64,000 bases of DNA from Candidatus Heimdallarchaeota archaeon (lineage in GTDB: Archaea > Asgardarchaeota > Heimdallarchaeia > Hodarchaeales > Hodarchaeaceae). A program made the translations under genes and the position numbers. Below, piece by piece: positions 59,058-64,000 of this stretch. Under the pieces are notes generated by a model. It did no database searches. It was not told the origin of the DNA and was given only the letters and a program-made list of their open reading frames with translations. The stretch is from contig CP070695.1 in NCBI GenBank assembly GCA_020353515.1, forward strand, positions 1,797,435-1,861,434, in the 5' to 3' direction. Each line of letters starts with the position of its first letter. The stretch's first letter is position 1.

Positions 59058-60773
59058 TTAGTTCCTTTTGATTTTTTTTCTTGATTTTATTAAGACAAGT
59101 GTGACTATAGAAAAAAATGGAATGAAAATTTCAATTGATACTTGAGCCTCTACTACCTGATCTTCTTGAATGGTTATAGGTCTGTACCCCATATACTCAT
59201 TTCCTATCAAGAAAGTAAGATTTGATCCTCGTGTGAAATCTTGCTCTAGCTCAAATTTGAAAGCCTTTTCTACAGCTTCCCCCGCAGATATTTCTGAAAT
59301 AGTCACGGGTGATCCTTTTCGTAAGACTGGTACAGAGATTTCCTTCATAACATTTAATTTACTAATGGAACCAATAATAGGGCTTTGACTCTTCATATTT
59401 AGTGTGACTTCTAAGATATCACTCGTATTTTTGTCTCCCACAACAGATTTAACTGATACTTCCAATCGAGGAGTAATTAGCAACCAGTAACTAAATACAG
59501 ATTGTATATCAGACCAGAGATCTTCGATTGCGGATTCTTCAGGAGCAAATTTCTCATAAATCCCATCCCATCGCCATATCTTCCTTGATCTGCCATCAGA
59601 TACAAGCGTTACAAGATCTTGAGAGGAAGTGTTATGATATACTTCAAAGGTAAGTGGAACTAGACAGTTTTTAACCGCATACATCCAATCACCCCACTCA
59701 CCTGCACAAGTATAGCCAATAGATTGAGGATCATCTGATTCAGAGAGATAGTTTGATGGCAAAAAAGTTTTCAAATCAGTATAAATCTGATTATACAGCT
59801 CCTCTTCAGCCCAATAAGTTTCTGATGCCCACGGAAAGTATGTTCCGTTAATTCCTGAATGAAGTGAAATTGCGGTGGCAAATGTTCTAGTTTCCATGAA
59901 ATCCCGAAATGTTTGTGTTTCAGGCTCCGAAAAGGGAGCAGTACCTTGGTAATCTTCACGTAAAGTATTCATTGACTTTCCGCTATCACAAGTAGAATCA
60001 CGCCATCGATAATCATAATTTCTATTAAGATCGACTCCACTAAGTGGATCTTCATTGATCAACCCATCCTCATCGTTATCTATTCCCTCATAATAATATT
60101 CAGTTTCGACCCACTCGTTATCTTTATTCTGGGTATAAACAATAAATTCGGAAATAACTCCATCGTTGTTAGTGTCTTCTGGGGGATCCTCATTAAATAC
60201 ACCGTCATTATCATCATCAATAGATCGGAAATTTTTCCGGAACCATGGATTTCCCTGCATTGTCTCGTTTCCTACAACATAATGAAGCCCATCTGGGTTC
60301 AGTGAAGGAATGAAAAATATCTCCTGATCATTTACTTTATTGGTAATATCTATGTTGTAACCATAACTATTCACCAATACAAGCATGAATCGCAGACTAA
60401 TTTCGACAGTTATCTGTTCACGAGCATGATGCTGGCCTACAAACAACACACCGGCTTTAGGAAGAGGATTCTGTTCATTCGTAATTCTAAGACAAAATAT
60501 ATCTCTACCCTCAATGCTTCTTCCTATTGAGTAAAGATCGACTATTTCTGAAGCAGTATCATTCATTTGTTGTAATTCTTCAAATAATTCTTCAGGAGTA
60601 TGGTATTGATCAGGATATAACAATGAGAGGCTAGTCCAGTTTCTCACTTTTCTAGCAACCTTAATCTCATTTACTTCATAAATGGGCGTTTCTTTGACCG
60701 ATTCAACTTGAGTAACGCTGATAGTAGACGCTAAAAGGAAAAGAAGGATGAATAGGAACGATTTCTTAGTCAT
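59058..60773 (-). CDS. Secreted, anchored M14 zinc carboxypeptidase
   Basis: HHARE (HxxE), NPDG, RKN, GVDLNRNY, FSEPET, SLH, TFE; C-terminal TM + basic tail. Confidence 0.9.
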   Translation of the reverse strand: MTKKSFLFILLFLLASTISVTQVESVKETPIYEVNEIKVARKVRNWTSLSLLYPDQYHTPEELFEELQQMNDTASEIVDLYSIGRSIEGRDIFCLRITNEQNPLPKAGVLFVGQHHAREQITVEISLRFMLVLVNSYGYNIDITNKVNDQEIFFIPSLNPDGLHYVVGNETMQGNPWFRKNFRSIDDDNDGVFNEDPPEDTNNDGVISEFIVYTQNKDNEWVETEYYYEGIDNDEDGLINEDPLSGVDLNRNYDYRWRDSTCDSGKSMNTLREDYQGTAPFSEPETQTFRDFMETRTFATAISLHSGINGTYFPWASETYWAEEELYNQIYTDLKTFLPSNYLSESDDPQSIGYTCAGEWGDWMYAVKNCLVPLTFEVYHNTSSQDLVTLVSDGRSRKIWRWDGIYEKFAPEESAIEDLWSDIQSVFSYWLLITPRLEVSVKSVVGDKNTSDILEVTLNMKSQSPIIGSISKLNVMKEISVPVLRKGSPVTISEISAGEAVEKAFKFELEQDFTRGSNLTFLIGNEYMGYRPITIQEDQVVEAQVSIEIFIPFFSIVTLVLIKSRKKIKRN

Positions 60774-60899
60774 AATATCATGACCTCAAATCATTAATTT
60801 TGAAGATCATTAAAAAATTTGTGATACCAGCAAAAATCAAATAATCCCTATTCCTCTCATAGATAACAATACTTCTTCATTCTTTTTTGACTCGGATAA

Positions 60900-61985
60900 T
60901 TATTCCACCTTATCTTCAAATAAATGATAGAATTCTGAAGGAAGCTGTTGATAATTCACTTGATCAGCCACTGAGGATAAATCTACAGAATTATAGGTAT
61001 TCCAGAACAAAATGGGTGCATTTGTCTTAGCTTCTTCCACATAGGCTAGGAGGGCTGCCAGTGTTTTTCCGGTATAGGTAGTCTCCAACATCACACCTTC
61101 TGTTTTCTTCACTATTTCAACAGCCTCTAATCCCTCTGGCGTCACTCTCCCATATTTTCCACCAAAAAAATGGTCAATAAGTTTAAATTTCGGTTTATAT
61201 TGAAACTTTCTAAGTTTAGAATCTTTTTGTAAAATTTTAAGAGCACCTTTAATAAGACTCTTTACTTTCCTACCTGTTGCCGCCATTTTATCAGTCACAC
61301 GAATCCCTATTACTTGCGTTTGTAAATTTGTTAACTGAACTCCTAATTCAATCCCCGCCATTGTCCCTGTTGTTCCTGCAGCTACATAGATCTGTTCTGG
61401 TTCAGGAAGCTTCCCCTCTTCGATCTGTTGTTTTAACTCCAGTACAGCATTCACATAACCCAATATTCCAATAGGTGTACTTCCTCCTGCAGGTAACCAA
61501 TATACTCGTTTTCGTTTCAGACGATCAAGGAAATAGAAGTTTAATCCTACTCCCAAATAGTTTTTCACATACTTCAATTCGGCTCCATAGTAGAAGTCTA
61601 ATTTGAGATTGTCAAGTACATGTTTCGACAGAGGTTGATTAATCAGATATAGAACGACATTCAAACCTTTTTCTTTAGCAAAAATTGCGGTTGCTAATCC
61701 GTGGTTTGTACCAATACCTCCAAGAGTCGCAATCGTTTCCTTTTCCTTCTCTAATGCATCAGCGATGAGAAATTCGAGTTTTCGTACCTTATTACCTCCA
61801 TATGTTGCTGAAGTAAGGTTATCCTGCTTTATCCAAATCGAGGTACCTGTTTTCAGATGATTTTCCAATTTCTCAAGATTTTTAACAGGAGTTGGAGTAT
61901 TTACCAATGATATCCATGGAATAACTCCATCTAAGTCCGAGAATTCCTCAAACAATAAAGGTTGTGACATTAAAAAGAACACCAC
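60900..61985 (-). CDS. PLP-dependent D-cysteine desulfhydrase / ACC deaminase family
   Basis: PTP, GGNKVRKLEF, TNH, GGS, GTTGT, YTGK. Confidence 0.9.
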   Translation of the reverse strand: MVFFLMSQPLLFEEFSDLDGVIPWISLVNTPTPVKNLEKLENHLKTGTSIWIKQDNLTSATYGGNKVRKLEFLIADALEKEKETIATLGGIGTNHGLATAIFAKEKGLNVVLYLINQPLSKHVLDNLKLDFYYGAELKYVKNYLGVGLNFYFLDRLKRKRVYWLPAGGSTPIGILGYVNAVLELKQQIEEGKLPEPEQIYVAAGTTGTMAGIELGVQLTNLQTQVIGIRVTDKMAATGRKVKSLIKGALKILQKDSKLRKFQYKPKFKLIDHFFGGKYGRVTPEGLEAVEIVKKTEGVMLETTYTGKTLAALLAYVEEAKTNAPILFWNTYNSVDLSSVADQVNYQQLPSEFYHLFEDKVE

Positions 61986-62155
61986 TCAAGTTTAATAGAA
62001 AGAAACTTGTTCTAATGTTGTAGTTTCATTTCTAAAAGAATTCAAAACCTTTTTGGGAGTATAATAAAATATGTCTTACTTGAAAATTAGGAAAATAAAG
62101 AGGACAAATTGGGGGTATTTTTCCGATACTCGGCCGCAGATCGGTGTTATTCTAA

Positions 62156-62728
62156 ATAGGAGAGTCGAAAGACATTATACAAGGAGAAAATATTTCATTA
62201 AGAGGATTAGAACTCTCTGATGTTGACGAGCTGATGAAATTCTGGAATAATCCCGAACTACAACAATTTCTTTCCAGACCACGTATCGCTTCACGGGATG
62301 AAGAAGTAGAATGGATTAAAAATACCTGGGAGAGACGTCGAAAAGGGGAAGCATTTATTTTTGGGATTTTCCTCCACGAGAAAGATCAATACATAGGAAA
62401 CGTTGAACTACGAATAGATAACAAGATTGCCCAAAGAGGAGGATTAGGTATATCAATATTCAATCCCAACTATTGGAATAAGGGATATGGCACAGAAGCA
62501 GTTAAATTACTCCTCAATTTTTCATTCTCTTCGCTAAACTTACGTAGTATTGAATTAGAAGTGTTTGCTTTTAATGAGAGAGCACAAGCATGTTACAGAA
62601 AGGTGGGTTTTACCGAAATTGGAAGAAAACGACAAGCTCATTTTTTAAAGGGTAAATTTCACGACATAGTTCTGATGGATATATTAGCTACGGAATTTAC
62701 TGAGGCATTAGAAAAAAAAGGGGAGTAA
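62156..62728 (+). CDS. GNAT acetyltransferase, RimJ/RimL type (start uncertain, probably non-ATG)
   Basis: YWNKGYGTEA, FNERAQACYRKVGF; family-like N-terminus (IQGENISLRGLELSD) continues upstream of ATG 62234 to a TAA at 62153. Confidence 0.85.
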   Translation: MGESKDIIQGENISLRGLELSDVDELMKFWNNPELQQFLSRPRIASRDEEVEWIKNTWERRRKGEAFIFGIFLHEKDQYIGNVELRIDNKIAQRGGLGISIFNPNYWNKGYGTEAVKLLLNFSFSSLNLRSIELEVFAFNERAQACYRKVGFTEIGRKRQAHFLKGKFHDIVLMDILATEFTEALEKKGE

Positions 62729-62729
62729 A

Positions 62730-63914
62730 ATGAATAAACAACAAACTCGGAAAACAGTATTACGGAGAATAAGATCTTATCTACGAAAACATCCTGAGGA
62801 ATTAAAGGGAGTACGAAACATTCAGAAAAATCGCTTAGATGGATTAATAAAACGGCTAGATGAGTTTTCACCGATTGAAACATTACGCTGGAATGTTCCA
62901 GACAGAAAACTTTTTCGAGACATCGCATTGGCTGCGGGGATTCAATTCGTCCGGGAATACCCCATGTTGTATCATACTCCCAATTCATTAAGGGCCTGTT
63001 TTGGAATGCCAACTAGGACAGATCGAAAAAAAGGACGATTTTCATCCATCTTCTATCGGAATGAGGCTGTCGAAAGGCAATTACGTCCACGGATTGAAGA
63101 TATAGAAAACTTACAGAGCCAAGTAAATCAAAAACGTGACGGCCAATTCTCAAATGAAATCGAAATCTTAAATCGTTATATTAAGCGAGCCATCAATCGG
63201 AGGTATGTTGATGATATTCTTGAGATTCCTGAGAGTGACCATTCTGAAAAGAGTATTTCCAATTTACGCAGATTTTTGGAGAAACATGGATTCGAGGATT
63301 TAAAAGAGGCTACTGATGTATCAGAAGAACATCTTCAAGATCTTGATGGAATTATCTTAGCACCCGACATGATAAGCCAGTGGAAAGGAAGAGAGTGTTG
63401 GATTGAGCTCAAAGAGTATCACGAGCTGAAATTTAACTTCAAAGTAGTATTTCAAGTTTTTCGTTATCTCTATCAAAATCCCTTTGTCTTACTAATTTCT
63501 ACTTCTCCACTTCCTAGCTTCACTCAACTACTTGATCAGAAGATATGGACAACAAAGACATTACAAGAATGGGCCCTTCAAAAACAAGATGAATTACAGG
63601 ATCGTATATCAGGATGGAATGAAATTCGAAGTACGTATGTCGCTTTAGGTAGGAAACTAAAATTGAATCCTCGGTTTGAGACTTTATTTCTTGTCTTAAC
63701 GAATGAAATAGTAATTAATGAGATTGGTTTGGCAGGAACAGAATTAAAAGGGATCGAAAAGTTTTTAGACCTAGTAAGTCATTTTAAAGGGGAAATAACT
63801 ATCTGTAGCTTTGATGAATTTGTGGAAAATGATCAAATTCCTACAAACTATTGTCTACTTATGAAAATGGATTTCCCTTTTGAGTTCAAATACGATTCAT
63901 CAGACAAGAATTAA
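62730..63914 (+). CDS. Hypothetical protein with PD-(D/E)xK-like nuclease motif
   Basis: APDMI...WIELKEY...QVFRY. Confidence 0.55.
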   Translation: MNKQQTRKTVLRRIRSYLRKHPEELKGVRNIQKNRLDGLIKRLDEFSPIETLRWNVPDRKLFRDIALAAGIQFVREYPMLYHTPNSLRACFGMPTRTDRKKGRFSSIFYRNEAVERQLRPRIEDIENLQSQVNQKRDGQFSNEIEILNRYIKRAINRRYVDDILEIPESDHSEKSISNLRRFLEKHGFEDLKEATDVSEEHLQDLDGIILAPDMISQWKGRECWIELKEYHELKFNFKVVFQVFRYLYQNPFVLLISTSPLPSFTQLLDQKIWTTKTLQEWALQKQDELQDRISGWNEIRSTYVALGRKLKLNPRFETLFLVLTNEIVINEIGLAGTELKGIEKFLDLVSHFKGEITICSFDEFVENDQIPTNYCLLMKMDFPFEFKYDSSDKN

Positions 63915-64000
63915 ACTAAAGAAAAGACGTAAGGCCCCCCAAAACTTGGCCAGATGAATAATAGACCAAAGATAATAACAAAAATTCCTGTCATAATCTC
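63911..64000 (-). CDS. C-terminal end of a membrane protein (truncated by window)
   Basis: Reverse strand reads EIMTGIFVIIFGLLFIWPSFGGPYVFSLV*. Confidence 0.55.
   Translation of the reverse strand, partial: EIMTGIFVIIFGLLFIWPSFGGPYVFSLV

Noticed and set aside
323-63012. Numerous 60-150-aa ORFs nested in or antisense to long genes (e.g. 13957-14325, 29079-29522, 37232-37636, 58679-59020, 62659-63012)
   Set aside because: Shadow ORFs with no motifs, overlapping better-supported genes.

Overview
AT-rich, gene-dense archaeal window with about 52 CDSs. I saw no rRNA, tRNA, CRISPR array, transposase or integrase. An archaeal class III pilin, PGF-type C-terminal anchors, D-x-x-PP-type Ig repeats and frequent TTG starts suggest an Asgard archaeon, probably Heimdallarchaeia/Hodarchaeales; this is inference, as no marker gene is present. 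Layout: (1-7.7 kb) two large Ig-repeat surface proteins; (7.7-25.5 kb) mixed hydrolases, transporters, a gene-fragment mosaic and a Cys-rich GAF histidine kinase; (25.6-30.2 kb) a membrane-anchored double-wHTH regulator, a surface protein with two tandem HFS (ZU5/GPS-like) domains, and a polytopic membrane protein; (31-42.5 kb) FGGY kinase plus gndA, and a guanidino/amine catabolism-like run; (42.5-52 kb) three adenine methyltransferase systems with no recognisable nuclease, around a pilin; (52-64 kb) a heterodimeric ABC exporter with PadR, a Cys-ladder beta-helix protein, peptidase, GNAT and a PD-(D/E)xK-like protein. The best candidates for an undescribed system are the wHTH/HFS/membrane-protein cassette and the nuclease-less methylase island. 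All calls come from motif reading by eye; no searches were run.
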